A stretch of 64,000 nt of DNA, from contig OZ249436.1 in NCBI GenBank assembly GCA_965235115.1, forward strand, positions 1,738,001 through 1,802,000, written 5' to 3'. The notes below the pieces were generated by a model. That model was not told the DNA's origin. It was given only the letters and a program-made list of their open reading frames with translations, and did no database searches. This document shows positions 14,961 to 29,245 of the stretch, one piece after another. This stretch comes from Laetmonice hystrix (Eukaryota). A program made the translations under genes and the position numbers. Position 1 is the stretch's first letter. Every line of letters begins with the position of its first letter.

Positions 14961-15918
14961 ATGAGTCGGTATTATTAATGTCAATGACGTATATTCTCAA
15001 AGTTTGGGATGAGGTGGTATTATTAATGTCAGTGACAGATTCTCAAAGTATGAGTCGGTATTATTAATGTCAGTGACAGATTCTCAAAGTATGAGTCGGT
15101 ATTATCAATGTCAGTGACAGATTCTCAAAGTTTGGGATGAGATGGTATTATTAATGTCAGTGACAGATTCTCAAAGTTTGGGATGAGATGGTATTATTAA
15201 TGTCAGTGACAGATTCTCAAAGTTTGTGATGAGGTGGTATTATTAATGTCAGTGACAGATCCTCAAAGTTTGTGATGAGATGGTATTATTAATGTCAGTG
15301 ACAGATTCTCAAAGTTTGGGATGAGATGGTATTATTAATGTCAGTGGCAGATTCTCAAAGTATGAGTCGGTATTATTAATGTCAGTGACAGATTCTCAAA
15401 GTTTGGGATGAGGTGGTATTATTAATGTCAGTGACAGATTCCCAACGTTTGGGATGAGGTGGTATTATTAATGTCAGTGACAGATTCTCAAAGTTTGTGA
15501 TGAGGTGGTATTATTAATGTCAGTGACAGATTCTCAAAGTTTGGGATGAGATGGTATTATTAATGTCAGTGACAGATCCTCAAAGTTTGTGATGAGATGG
15601 TATTATTAATGTCAGTGACAGATCCTCAAAGTTTGGGATGAGGTGGTATTATTAATGTCAGTGACAGATTCTCAAAGTTTGTGATGAGGTGGTATTATTA
15701 ATGTCAGTGACAGATTCTCAAAGTTTGGGATGAGATGGTATTATTAATGTCAGTGACAGATCCTCAAAGTTTGTGATGAGATGGTATTATTAATGTCAGT
15801 GACAGATTCTCAAAGTTTTTGATGAGATGGTATTATTAATGTCAGTGACAGATCCTCAAAGTTTGGGATGAGGTGGTATTATTAATGTCAGTGACAGATT
15901 CTCAAAGTTTGGGATGAG
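14961..15918. repeat. 46-bp minisatellite (with shorter variant), ~21 copies
   Basis: Unit GGTATTATTAATGTCAGTGACAGATTCTCAAAGTTTGGGATGAGRT. Confidence 0.96.
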
Positions 15919-18793
15919 CGAAGCTAGTACAGTATTATCTTGGGTGGATCATCATACCTGGGGTTTATGTGATGTATGATTTCTGTAATACTCTTGTTAA
16001 CGCTCAGGACCGCAGCTGTATAGTTTGAAGCGAACTCTTTGTCCTGGCATCTGTTTACTGTGTGCCGTTAACATTGTCATGTTACGATGTTTGGGTCCAC
16101 GTCCCTTCCATCAAGTTTACCACAACAATATGTCAAGTCTTTGATCATATGTTTCAGGATACATCACGACACGACGCCTACAGACAACAAGTGATGTCAC
16201 TCAACGCGGGGCGAGGTTCAGGGTTCTCGATACAACCCTACATGTACCACTGCATGTACCCTAGCTGCCTGGGGTCGTCAGTAGTATAGCAAAACGGGTA
16301 TTTTATCCAGGCACGTGGGGGCAGACCTGCCCTGGCGGCGCACAGATCCCAACGATTTAGGAAGAAATTAAAAGAAGACAACCACTACTTCAAGGCAACA
16401 CCTGGCATCCTGGGTGTCCTATTTGAAGGACACGAAGTTTGGATAAAACGCAATTTGGTACTTATGTAAAACTGTGTTTATGTGAACTGTCAGTGCATGC
16501 CTGATGAATCATGCGCAATTTGCACGGGTCTACATAATGTACCACATATGTGACATATGCAATCAACCAAAGGCCTTTACCAGAAAACACAATGGGTAAT
16601 ACGTGTTTGTAGTAGCACAGCTGCAGTATAAAATGGTCAAAGCTTTCCAAGGTTTCTTAAAATGTAAATGTGCTTTAGTTCTGTTACGTTTAGTCAGCCA
16701 TTATAAGGAATCATAAATATTAGATTACTTGGTGAGGAGTATTGGTATTGAGAAAGAAGAACTACATGGGAAACGATTGGTCTTTATTTCTTTAGATGAA
16801 GTTTCTCCTCTCCTCTGTGTGTAAGAAAGCACCCCTTACAGACCCTGCAGTATATGGGGGTGTCTTATACAACTCCCACGGTACCCCCTGTGGCGCTTTC
16901 ATTCCCACAAGGCCCGGACTTCTATAGTGAGGCTAACGTCGCCGCTGGCTACTTGCCCCTCACTGTCGGTTGTTTAATTAAATCATAGTCGCTGCCCTCG
17001 GCTCGCCTCTGACTTCTCATCCCGCTCCGTATAAATTAATATAATCCTCTCACCTTTAGGGGCGCGTTTCACTGCCCGTCATTGAACAGCCAAGCTGTTC
17101 CGACGCTCAGCCGTATATATTTGTTTACAAGAATGAAAGCGCGACATTTTTTCCCGCGGGGGATTGGCTTCTTATAACAATTTCATACTCTCTCACGGCG
17201 TGAAGCGGGCAAAACTAACAAAGACATCATTTTACCTGTGTGATTTGTATATTGTGATAACACTGTGAACGAAATCGACTTGCTGGTGAAAACAGAGCGT
17301 AAGGACCGACTCGACTGCCACCTAACGGACGAGGCTGAAAAATGAGATTGGGGAAAGCAGACGACATATTTCAAACATGGCGCTGAAACTGGCGGGAATT
17401 CACAACGTTTAGAGACGTGTACAAAGATAGAAAGACGTGTGTCTACATCGGTGGATAAGTAGGCAAACTCCGCCGGGTTACAGGCCATGCGGAGCTGGTG
17501 TATGGAATATGTTTGTGACTCCATACCAAACGCTAAACAATACATGTCAATATGGGCGTTGAGAGCGAGTACTGGCGGTCGTACTGGTGTGGGCCCACAC
17601 TTGGCGGGCAATGGGCGGGATCGGTCGTCTGCTACCCAACACCGCGTCTCTATGGCGTAACGTGCACATCAGAATGCTTGACAGACACGGGCATTGTTGA
17701 TATTAGCGACATACCTAGCGAATCAGACGAGGTACACGACTGTAAAGATGGATGGCTAACCGCTGTAAGCCCCGCCTCCTCGGTCAATGATTGGCAGGTG
17801 GAGGACCTGTCGGGGGGTGGCCGATGATTAATGTGTCGGCCGTCAGTCTTTAGACTGTGTCAATAGTAGAGGTGCGACTGGTCGCTGTGGTGTCATTTAC
17901 GGCCCGAGCGCGCGGCACAACGCACGGTTACTGGATCCCTGCCCCTGCCGCCCTGCCTGGACCCAACTCCAAGCCGACTTGTGCCCGTCATAGCCCAACC
18001 CTACCGGCAGCCTGCCTGGAGTCCAGCCAGGTCCTACCTCACCCAGGGGGCTTGTACTGGAGAACAGATGCAGGATGTGGCTTCAAATAGGACAGCGCTA
18101 GTGGATACTACGCCAGACGCCATTTTTGTGCAGCGCGGCTGGAGTGTATGTATGTGTGAGTAGGCATGGTCGGCTGGATGCGCGTCCCGACCGCTAGCTC
18201 CACAAACTAGCTCCAACTGTAGCCGATCTGTTGCTGGGAACTCGGATCCCTCACCATCCCCAGCGGCAGGATGATGTCGACCAGCTGACGGGTGCAGGCC
18301 CCTGTCGTCTGCTCACGGTATCTAAGAGCCTGGGTCCAGCCACATCTCATAAACTGAAGGCGTGTCCGTACTATACCTGCCTGACGAATACGCAGACTTG
18401 GCTGGTGGAAATATGTTTATGGACCTTACTACTATACGGACTGGGCTACGATAGTACAGTCAATGAGGCTGAGGAGCTTCAGCAGGAGCAGACCTTGATC
18501 TCAACTCAACACTAACACTGAGTAAGAGATCTACACATATTATTTACTCCAACCTTTCACCTCAAGGAAGTGTGAGGAACATCCGTGCCACCAAGATAGT
18601 TTTACAGCACGTTTGAAGTAAGTTGTACTCTGTATACTCAACTTGTTGGTCTCCTATACTCTCCGTATACAGCACCAGCTGTGTGACCAGCTGAGAACTG
18701 ACACTCCATAGTGTATGACCATCGACTGAACTTTTCCTGTCACTAGTTGTATACGACACTTATATTCCTAGAATCTCTGTGTATCCAAGCATC

Positions 18794-19909
18794 ATGCCTC
18801 GCCCCAGCCGGGAGTCGTACGGTGACCAAAAGCCCCCTTACTCTTATATAGCGCTTACGGCCATGGCCATCCAAAGCTCGGCGGAGAAGATGCTACCGCT
18901 GAGCGAAATCTACAAGTTCATCATGGACCGGTTTCCTTATTATCGTAAGAACACTCAGCGGTGGCAGAATTCTCTCAGACACAACTTGTCGTTCAATGAC
19001 TGCTTCATTAAGATCCCCCGCCGGCCTGATCGGCCCGGCAAAGGGTCCTACTGGGCGTTGCACCCGCTGTGCGGGGACATGTTTGAGAACGGGAGTTTTC
19101 TCCGCCGCCGCAAGCGCTTTAAGATGCCCACCCGCATGATGCAGCAGATGATGCAGCTGCAGCACGCCCTCCAACCCGAACTGAAGGGAGGATTCCTCCA
19201 AGAACAACCGAGCTTCATGCAAGAGCAGGCCAAGATGCGCCTGCAAAGCCTGGCCGGCGCTACGGGGGCGCAGTTTCACCCGTACCCCAACCCGGCCGCC
19301 TTCAGTAAGCAAAGTTTTACCATAGAAAACATCATTGCCCCTGACTATAAGGCGGCCACTCACGCCATCATCTCGGCCGCCCAGCAACAGTTCATGCCGC
19401 CCCACCCTCTGCCCGGGTTTACGAGTCAGTTCTCGGCGGCAGCGGCAGCGGCTGCCGGCTCTATGGGCGGCATGGGCGGCATGGGTGGTATCGGTGGCAT
19501 GGCGTCCTTCTGCCCGACATCTACCGACCTGAGTACGATGACGACACCTCATCTCACCTCTAGCTACAACCAGGTGGGCTCAGCTCCCGGAGACTTCGGC
19601 CGGGTGATGGGACACCACCACCCGCCTCACCCCGGCCATCCGTTACAACACCACCACCATCACCATCACCACTCACACCATCCTCACACCATGCCCCTCC
19701 CCATCAAACCCTCTCCCATCGGGGCCTTGTCGCTACCGTCTCAGGCAGCCAGCACGTCGGGGACAATTTCAACCATTGCGCATTCTCATTCAAATGGAGG
19801 TTCTCTACCGCTGTCAGCCATCAACGTGAACTTGCCAATGTCGAGTACGGCGGCAGGTCTGCCCGCCAGCTCGCTATCCTTGGCCTCTACACTAGCCGGT
19901 ATGCAGTGA
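18794..19909 (+). CDS. foxB: Forkhead box transcription factor, class B (FoxB), 371 aa, uninterrupted CDS
   Basis: ATG at 18794 gives [26 protein letters not shown]...[54 protein letters not shown], the FoxB-type N-terminus and forkhead domain (~18830-19123). Also an eh1-like motif FTIENII (19316-19336), poly-Ala, poly-His and PLPIKP; stop TGA ends at 19909. Confidence 0.97.
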   Translation: MPRPSRESYGDQKPPYSYIALTAMAIQSSAEKMLPLSEIYKFIMDRFPYYRKNTQRWQNSLRHNLSFNDCFIKIPRRPDRPGKGSYWALHPLCGDMFENGSFLRRRKRFKMPTRMMQQMMQLQHALQPELKGGFLQEQPSFMQEQAKMRLQSLAGATGAQFHPYPNPAAFSKQSFTIENIIAPDYKAATHAIISAAQQQFMPPHPLPGFTSQFSAAAAAAAGSMGGMGGMGGIGGMASFCPTSTDLSTMTTPHLTSSYNQVGSAPGDFGRVMGHHHPPHPGHPLQHHHHHHHHSHHPHTMPLPIKPSPIGALSLPSQAASTSGTISTIAHSHSNGGSLPLSAINVNLPMSSTAAGLPASSLSLASTLAGMQ

Positions 19910-22900
19910 TGTTCTCACGTCTTGCGCCATAGTCATATAAAATATAATTCTTTACATAAAATATCAAAATATAATGTACTCTTTGCGAGAGGAAAACCTC
20001 GACCGATATACGCACTATACGTGCCAGGCACGTGAGACTGATGTGGTCCGACAATATCAGATTGGTGACTCGACAATACGACAATCTTCGTGTATCGTTC
20101 CACCTCCTTGACCTGCATACGTGGACACTGGAAGCTGCAGCCATCCTCTGTAAGTACAGCTTCATCCTTCCCGCAGTGAATGAAGGGGTACATGTACATA
20201 ATATACAGTCCATGATTCACAGGTCCAAGGGAATGACAGATGTGTCACTAAAAAAACTATGCCGGCCGGAACGGTAAAGGAGGTTAAAGAAAAAAGTACA
20301 CACAATTATAGACGGACTTAATTATACATGGATATGGCATGTCTGCCTGGAATTGTTGTAATATTGAGGACGTATGAAGAATGGTGTGAGGGAGAAGTTG
20401 GTGCTGTGTGAGGGATGACGGGAAGGCACTCTGGCACCCTGAGGACGAGCGGACGTACGGACGGCGGGCGGACGGACGGACGGACGGCGGGAGGACGGAC
20501 CGACTCCGAGCGAGCCACAAGCGGCCGACACGATGCAGCATTCAGTGACGTTTTGACACGTTCCTCTGACACTGAGACCCACACACGAGAACACTGTGCC
20601 TGTAGCCCCGACTGAAGGACGGGCCGAATGATAATATATCTGTGACGAATAATCCAAGGATGTAACAATGACTGTGTAACGTAAACGTCCGTACATTGTT
20701 GTGACAGTCGCGGTGTGTGTTGGCTGCCTAAAGACGTCTTCAGCTCGATGGCAGGCTGGAAGGAAACATCAAACGAACAATGCTTGTATATGTGAGAGAG
20801 AAAAAACATTGCATCAACAGCAGCGTCTGCCTGTGTGTAACCTACACATGTGCACCCCTACGACCTGTGTGTGTGTGTGTGACGCGCGTCCCGGCGGCAG
20901 CGTCTGCTGTCTCCGTATATTGTCAGAGAACTGGACTCGTGCACGGCAGTGTGGTGGACACGCACGCACGTGATGTGGGCGACAGGTAAGATCATTCATA
21001 CGGGTTCTAACTGATCACGGTAAGCGTTACCATGGAAGCGCTGCTAGATATTTATTTCTTTCAAAATGAAACATGGTTACTCGCCCACCGCTAACAACGT
21101 GGGATAGGAAAATATTCGGGGCATTCAGTCTATAAATGAAATAATTGATGACGTATCATCAACAATATAGAAACAGTCATGTGTATAAACCTAGCGATAG
21201 TGTTTCTATTTAAAGAAATATACAGGCAAATCAAATGTGGAAACAAATATAACATTGGGTATGAAGCTTCGATATTTACTATGAAAAATGTGGTGTATAA
21301 ATTCCTGAAGTGTGTTTGTATGAATAGGAGTATACGAGTACGAATACGGCCATAATTATAAGTTATAATTCTTCTTCAATGTGCCTGGGTTGTTGTCTAT
21401 ATTATATATAATATCATGATATTTATTATCAATGGTTTCAACTGCTCGCATTCGGTCCTGTTTGAGCGCAGCAGTAAACTGCCAACCGCAAACACAACCT
21501 TAACTGGTCTTTCATCATGGAATCACAATCAACGATCTTAAACAAATTCCTCTTGATTGGAACTCTAAGCACTCTCACCGATGTGCCAACAAAACCCTAA
21601 TGCCTGGAATATTGAAACCGGAGCCAGCGCTAAGACGGAAATCCCCATCTAAATCCCTTATTCATGACAATTTTGACAAACAATTTCGTGTCAATTAATT
21701 TGTACTCAGTGTTGGTTCAATCGTTGGGACTGAAGCCGACAGTTTCGGTTCAGTGTAGAAATGTGGCGATCTCTCTCCGTGACTGGTTCAAACACAAGCC
21801 GTGGTTTCAAACACAAGCCGTGGTTCTGTCTGAGGCTGCCATAGGCACACAGTGAGTGTGTGTCAGTCGTAGCGCTGTATGTATTCATAATGTTGTAAAG
21901 AGAGAAAAAAACAGGGTCAATTGAATGTAAATTGTATCTGCCAATCAACTATCTGTACATGTAAACATATAATCCTTCGTTATCAATGGTGTATCCTTAC
22001 CTGACTCTACTGTAGCGTTGTCGACGCGCCTGGGTCTCGACTGGACATAGAACTATTCTTTTTCCCTTGAATTAAAAGAAAATGATTTCTATATTGAACA
22101 TAGCACGTCGTTTCGTCCTATATTGCATCACCCGAAAAGAATTAGCTAAAAAAAATAGCCACCATTTGTGCAGTGAAAAGATCTATAAATATTTATTCAA
22201 GCGTTCGGTGGTGTGGTTGGAGTATGATCGTCATTAATAGAGGCATTAACACTCGAGCGAGGCGCTGGCGGGTGTGTAGGGGATTAGGTCCTCATCCGAA
22301 TTCACCACACCAAATCCCCTCTCAAACATTACATCGAATCGAATCCTGCCCGCCACCTGAGTCCGACCAGACGGCCTTAAACGTTCATTCACAACCCATT
22401 CACACACAGCTTCATACGTAATACTCCGCAAGAAAATTAGTCCTTTTGTAATAATGACAAAACAAAATATAAAAATTGATATCTGAAAGAGCGAGTAATA
22501 CTAGAGTGATATAGTGTACTCAGGTATGCTGGCATGTAACTACACAATCCGCTACCATGTATGTCTACAGCTTCTCAAAATATTGACAAAATGTCGCGCT
22601 GAATTAGATGCAGGCGAGGCCTAGTGAGCGAATTGTGCTGACACTTCGCGCCCTAACACTGACACTCAATTAGAACACGCTGATAAACCATATGCAGCCA
22701 AGCTTTCTCGTCGAAAGCAAATCGAGAATTGATGGGCAAGGCAAAATTAATCAAAACAAAGAGATAAAATTGTCAAAGTGGGGATGGGAAGCAGATAGTG
22801 AGAGTAGTCCGGGACGTGGTCGGGACAATTATAGTCGGAGCACCCCCAAGGGCTTGCGAGAGATACGACCGCTCATCCTGCGGTCGGGAGACAGCTTAGC

Positions 22901-25081
22901 CGGGGCTGAACATGACTGTGCATTGCAATTAGCGTCCACACTCGTTGTCGGAGGTAGGGCCGGTCGGTGGCCGGGTGTAGGCGAGAGGTATAGGCGTTGT
23001 AATGACGGCACTTAGACGGGCCAGATCACTATGAGATTGGCCGTACTCATTCATTGCTACCGGTCGGCCAGGGCTGAGATGGTATCAGGCGTTAACTGAC
23101 AGTAGTATATCCTGCAGCTACAAGGGCCGGCCGACCCGCCTTTTGTTGTCGGTCCCGGCCCTCGTGTCAGGCCGGGCGGGCGGCGTCCTTGCCGTCACCC
23201 GTCCCTCCCGTCCGCTCGCGCCATGTCAAAACCCGATCAGATGCATAACTCACCAGCCGCCATGCGCCCGAGAGCGAGCGCTAATTTGTCGCGAAAATCC
23301 GCAAAGAAGCCAATTTAGATGTTAATGATAACGACAAAACATGGCGTATAAATACGAGGGGGTTGAACGTTATGGGCGGGAGAAGAAGGCAGTGTGTGCG
23401 GCTCACCACCGTCCGATAGCAGCGTACACATCTAATTAACAACACCATCGACATCAGTCTGCTTGACGTGTTCTCTACTGGCCGTCATTCTGATCAGGTC
23501 GCCAAGTATCTCTCCAAATCCCACCATTATTACACGACCAACTATTTACCTTGTATACTTATATAGGCGCGCGTAGTTTTTACAACACCAAGAATGTTAA
23601 AAACGCTCCATTCTTGGCAATGAATTATCGGATAATAATTAACGGATAACATTGCCACTTTTTGTTAAAGGACACTATTGTATTTTAGCAAGACTCATTC
23701 AATATGCATATATACATTAGGACTATACACATTGAATTTAGGTTCACTAATACTTACAAGCGTTCGTTTGGATCGTTTCGTCTTGTCCAGCTAAAAGCAT
23801 TCACCAAATTAATATTGGCGATTTGTCAGGCGTGTATAGACGCCTATAATTGACTTGATGTTATAGCAGTCCGTATACAATGATAATAAGTGTCTATAGG
23901 AGTGCTCTCCTGTATGTAATATAGGCCCTCAATGTTTGAAGGTTTGACACTTTACCTGCCAGTACAATCATAGAAAGTGTTGGTTAACAAAGTCGTGCAT
24001 GGACTCGGTCGATGTTGGAGCAGTACATGTAGTAGCCCTCGTGTGCCTGGTCTATTTGGCGATAAATAACATTGGCATTATCCGCACACCGTCGGGACGT
24101 CAGGGAGGGCATATTAATTTCACCAAGTGTCAGACCTGGCCGCCAATTTCCATATGCTGAATTGAAAACAGTGGTTGTCCAAGGGGAGCTGAGGTGGGGA
24201 AACAAACACCCGATGAGGGTGTCACCCCAAACAGATAGGGTACTACCCGTGCCCCGCCTCACTCAACCCTTCACACATTGTGAGCTCAATGAAAACCCGC
24301 CTAACTCGGTACCGTGCCAGTGCTTTCAGTTCATGGCACACACATTTAGGTCAGCCTATAGTGGTCGCCATACGGGACACACCGCCATTCTCTATACTAC
24401 AAGTTGGCATATCTTTGTAGAAGAAAAGAGCACCAAAAAAAGAACAAAAATGCGTGTTTTAGCAATAAATAGAATACTGTCGTATAAATCATGCTATAAA
24501 TACCATGTATAATCAACAAAAACAAATAACATTAAGCTCTTTAAAACATACAAATGATCCTGTGGCGTGTATATGCTGCATGGTTCCAGAGTCGTTGATT
24601 AATTCCATTGTGTAGAATGTAACATAAAACATGACCAGCGACTCGGGCCAACTCACAACAACCGCTCTGGATATATACATACTCCGAGAAAAACCATTTC
24701 CGTGAGTAAAACGGCACTTGGCGAGGAAGGTCAACTACGTGATGACAATAACGGAGGGTGGGGGTGTTAGGACACACCCGGTTTGCTCTCAGGGTGGGGG
24801 CCACTTAAGGTTCGATCGTACTGAGCAAGGAAATAGTGGGACCGCACATAACTTATTTCTTACACCATCCGTCGTTAATTTCAGCCATTGATGTGAAGGA
24901 TAGGGTGTCCGATATCAGCCCACTGATCTCGGAGCTTGGTCACACCCGACATAGCGACGGACGCACAATATCTAACGCTAAATAAGACACGTAATTGGTT
25001 TACGAATGTTTGACCAATTTCATGGAATTTTACCTTCGCATCAACGCGCGCGGTTGGGTGCAATATTGTGTTTCTTTGGCA

Positions 25082-25442
25082 ACCGGGACAGGCGAGTTAG
25101 TGGGTGTTTGTGGGATGTGGACGGTGACCGGGACAGGCGAGTTAGTGGGTGTTTGTGGGATGTGGACGGTGACCGGGACAGGCGAGTTAGTGGGTGTTTG
25201 TGGGATGTGGACGGTGACCGGGACAGGCGAGTTAGTGGGTGTTTGTGGGATGTGGACGGTGATCGGGACAGGCGAGTTAGTGGGTGTTTGTGGGATGTGG
25301 ACGGTGACCGGGACAGGCGAGTTAGTGGGTGTTTGTGGGATGTGGACGGTGACCGGGACAGGCGAGTTAGTGGGTGTTTGTGGGATGTGGACGGTGACCG
25401 GGACAGGCGAGTTAGTGGGTGTTTGTGGGATGTGGACGGTGT
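25082..25442. repeat. 45-bp minisatellite, 8 near-identical copies
   Basis: Unit ACCGGGACAGGCGAGTTAGTGGGTGTTTGTGGGATGTGGACGGTG. Confidence 0.97.
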
Positions 25443-25516
25443 CAGGTTTCACAATGGGTGCGCGTTTTTGAAGATGCGTATCTATACTGTTGTATCTCCT
25501 TCCTCTCCTTAAATTG

Positions 25517-25612
25517 TTTCTTCTTCTTCTTCTTCTTCTTCTTCTTCTTCTTCTTCTTCTTCTTTGTCTGTTTCTCCTTCTTCTGCTCCTTCTTCTTCCT
25601 CTCATTCTTCCC
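25517..25612. repeat. (TTC)n microsatellite
   Basis: Perfect TTC run followed by a degenerate tail. Confidence 0.93.
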
Positions 25613-25633
25613 GTTCTCGTTTTTTGACCGCAA

Positions 25634-25917
25634 CTATACCGGCAGCCGGTGACGACGGTCAGCAACCCGCTATCTGCGTTCACTTCACGTCTATACCGGC
25701 GGCCGGTGACGACGGTCAGCAACCCGCTATCTGCGTTCACTTCACGTCTATACCGGCGGCCGGTGACGACGGTCAGCAACCCGCTATCCGCGTTCACTTC
25801 ACGTCTATACCGGCAACCGGTGACGACGGTCAGCAACCCGCTATCCGCGTTCACTTCACGTCTATACCGGCGGCCGGTGACGACGGTCAGCAACCCGCTA
25901 TCCGCGTTCACTTCACA
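25634..25917. repeat. 57-bp minisatellite, 5 copies
   Basis: Unit CTATACCGGCGGCCGGTGACGACGGTCAGCAACCCGCTATCYGCGTTCACTTCACGT. Confidence 0.96.
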
Positions 25918-26356
25918 GTCAAACATCACTTCTATCTTAGAGCCGGGCTCCGGACGCAGCGTATACGGCCCGGGCTTAGAGTGGCTTCCAACAAAGGATC
26001 ACAACGATTTAATAATTCAGTCAGCTGCCGTTTGACATGGCCGTTTATGTTTGATGAGTGTAGGCATTGGGAGGCCTGGCGGGGGTCAGCCTGGATTTAG
26101 GGCCCATCTCCAAACTCACATAGATATTTCATCATATTTTCCTTCTCCGTGATCGCTCGCCACGAAATCTACGCGCGGGCGTCAATAATGTAAAGATGAA
26201 CCCTGACGCTTTATCAGGCGTCACCTTCTCCGTATAGGCGCCTGATATACATGTACATATATAAGGGCCGGTATATAAATAGCGGTCAGTGTATACGTGA
26301 GGTTTAGGGTTGTATCACTAAGTGGGTACGGTGACCATGTATCTGTGTCACACGAA

Positions 26357-28768
26357 ACATTTACCGAGATATACGCACATACGGTAAGTTAGTGTTATAT
26401 CACACAACACATTTACCGAGATATACGCGCATAGAGTAAGTTAGTGTTATATAACACAACACATTTACCGAGATATACGCGCATACAGTAAGTGTTATAT
26501 ACAACATTTACCGATATATACGCGCATACAGTAAGTGTTATATACATCATTTACTCGTGATTACATTTACCGAGATATACGCGCATACAGTAAGTGTTAT
26601 ATACATCATTTACTCGTGATTACATTTACCGAGATATACGCGCATACAGTAAGTGTTATATACATCATTTACTCGTGATTACATTTACCGAGATATACGC
26701 GCACACAGTAAGTGTTATATAACATTTACCGAGATATACGCGCATACAGTAAGTGTTATATACATCATTTACCGAGATATATCGCATACAGTAAGTGTTA
26801 TATACAACATTTACCGAGATATACGCGCATACAGTAAGTGTTATATACAACATTTACCGAGATATACGCGCATACAGTAAGTGTTATATACATCATTTAC
26901 CGAGATATACGCGCATACAGTAAGTGTTATATACATCATTTACCGAGATATACGCGCATGCAGTAAATGTTATATACATCATTTACTCGTGATTACATTT
27001 ACCGAGATATATCGCATACAGTAAGTGTTATATCACACAACACATTTACCGAGATATACGCGCATACAGTAAGTGTTATATACAACATTTACCGAGATAT
27101 ACGCGCATACAGTAAGTGTTATATACAACATTTACCGAGATATACGCGCATACAGTAAGTGTTATATACAACATTTACCGAGATATACGCGCATACAGTA
27201 AGTGTTATATACAACATTTACCGAGATATACGCGCATACAGTAAGTGTTATATACAACATTTACCGAGATATACGCGCATACAGTAAGTGTTATATACAA
27301 CATTTACCGAGATATACGCGCATACAGTAAGTGTTATATACAACATTTACCGAGATATACGCGCATACAGTAAGTGTTATATACAACATTTACCGAGATA
27401 TACGCGCATACAGTAAGTGTTATATACAACATTTACCGAGATATACGCGCATACAGTAAGTGTTATATACAACATTTACCGAGATATACGCGTATACAGT
27501 AAGTGTTATATACAACATTTACCGAGATATACGCGCATACAGTAAGTGTTATATACAACATTTACCGAGATATACGCGCATACAGTAAGTGTTATATACA
27601 ACATTTACCGAGATATACGCGCATACAGTAAGTGTTATATACAACATTTACCGAGATATACGCGCATACAGTAAGTGTTATATACAACATTTACCGAGAT
27701 ATACGCGCATACAGTAAGTGTTATATACATCATTTACCGAGATATACGCGCATACAGTAAGTGTTATATACAACATTTACCGAGATATACGCGCATACAG
27801 TAAGTGTTATATACAACATTTACCGAGATATACGCGCATACAGTAAGTGTTATATACATCATTTACCGAGATATACGCGCATACAGTAAATGTTATATAC
27901 ATCATTTACCGAGATATACGCGCATACAGTAAGTGTTATATACATCATTTACCGAGATATACGCGCATACAGTAAGTGTTATATACAACATTTACCGAGA
28001 TATACGCGCATACAGTAAGTGTTATATACAACATTTACCGAGATATACGCGCATACAGTAAGTGTTATATACATCATTTACCGAGATATACGCGCATACA
28101 GTAAGTGTTATATACAACATTTACCGAGATATACGCGTATACAGTAAGTGTTATATACAACATTTACCGAGATATACGCGCATACAGTAAGTGTTATATA
28201 CAACATTTACCGAGATATACGCGCATACAGTAAGTGTTATATACAACATTTACCGAGATATACGCGCATACAGTAAGTGTTATATACAACATTTACCGAG
28301 ATATACGCGCATACAGTAAGTGTTATATACAACATTTACCGAGATATACGCGCATACAGTAAGTGTTATATACATCATTTACCGAGATATACGCGCATAC
28401 AGTAAGTGTTATATACAACATTTACCGAGATATACGCGCATACAGTAAGTGTTATATACAACATTTACCGAGATATACGCGCATACAGTAAGTGTTATAT
28501 ACATCATTTACCGAGATATACGCGCATACAGTAAATGTTATATACATCATTTACCGAGATATACGCGCATACAGTAAGTGTTATATACAACATTTACCGA
28601 GATATATACGCGCATACAGTAAGTGTTATATACAACATTTACCGAGATATACGCGCATACAGTAAGTGTTATATACATCATTTACCGAGATATACGCGCA
28701 TACAGTAAGTGTTATATACAACATTTACCGAGATATACGCGCATACAGTAAGTGTTATATCATTTACT
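26357..28768. repeat. 43-bp satellite array, ~55 copies
   Basis: Unit CATTTACCGAGATATACGCGCATACAGTAAGTGTTATATACAW, highly homogeneous. Confidence 0.98.
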
Positions 28769-29245
28769 GGTGATTACTCGATGTCCTTCACCCTGAGCGA
28801 CTGCTCATCTCAGAGACTTTCAGATTCCTGTAATTCTTCCTCACACAGATGGGATATCAGAGCCCAGTCAACGCGGACGCTCAAGTCACGATCGAGGAAG
28901 TTTTTTTCTAGCTGTTCAATATAAAAAAGAATCAGATTTCCATACATTGTTCATATTATTACCCATACAGTTGGCACAACACGCACACAGCTGGTCCACC
29001 TACATTTGGTTTATTTTAATCTAGAAAATCTGACCGTATGTATTAACGCCACTCCATGTCATGAAGTTAAACATTCTGCTGGTGTATTTTTAGTTCAAAT
29101 TCAACTCGCATGCATGTTCACTTGGCTAAGGTCATTTTGTCTGTGCATGTTACAAGAATTGTTTGCCAACATGGCCCCGTCGTAGAGAATCCGTTGATGT
29201 GAGTGTTACAAGAGGTAATACTGTTCTGTATGAATACGAGTGAGT

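Noticed and set aside
18779..18793. GTG start used by the ORF track
   Set aside because: Eukaryotic gene; the conserved FoxB N-terminus MPRP begins at ATG 18794.
18893..19552. 219-aa antisense ORF
   Set aside because: Shadow of the GC-rich foxB CDS.
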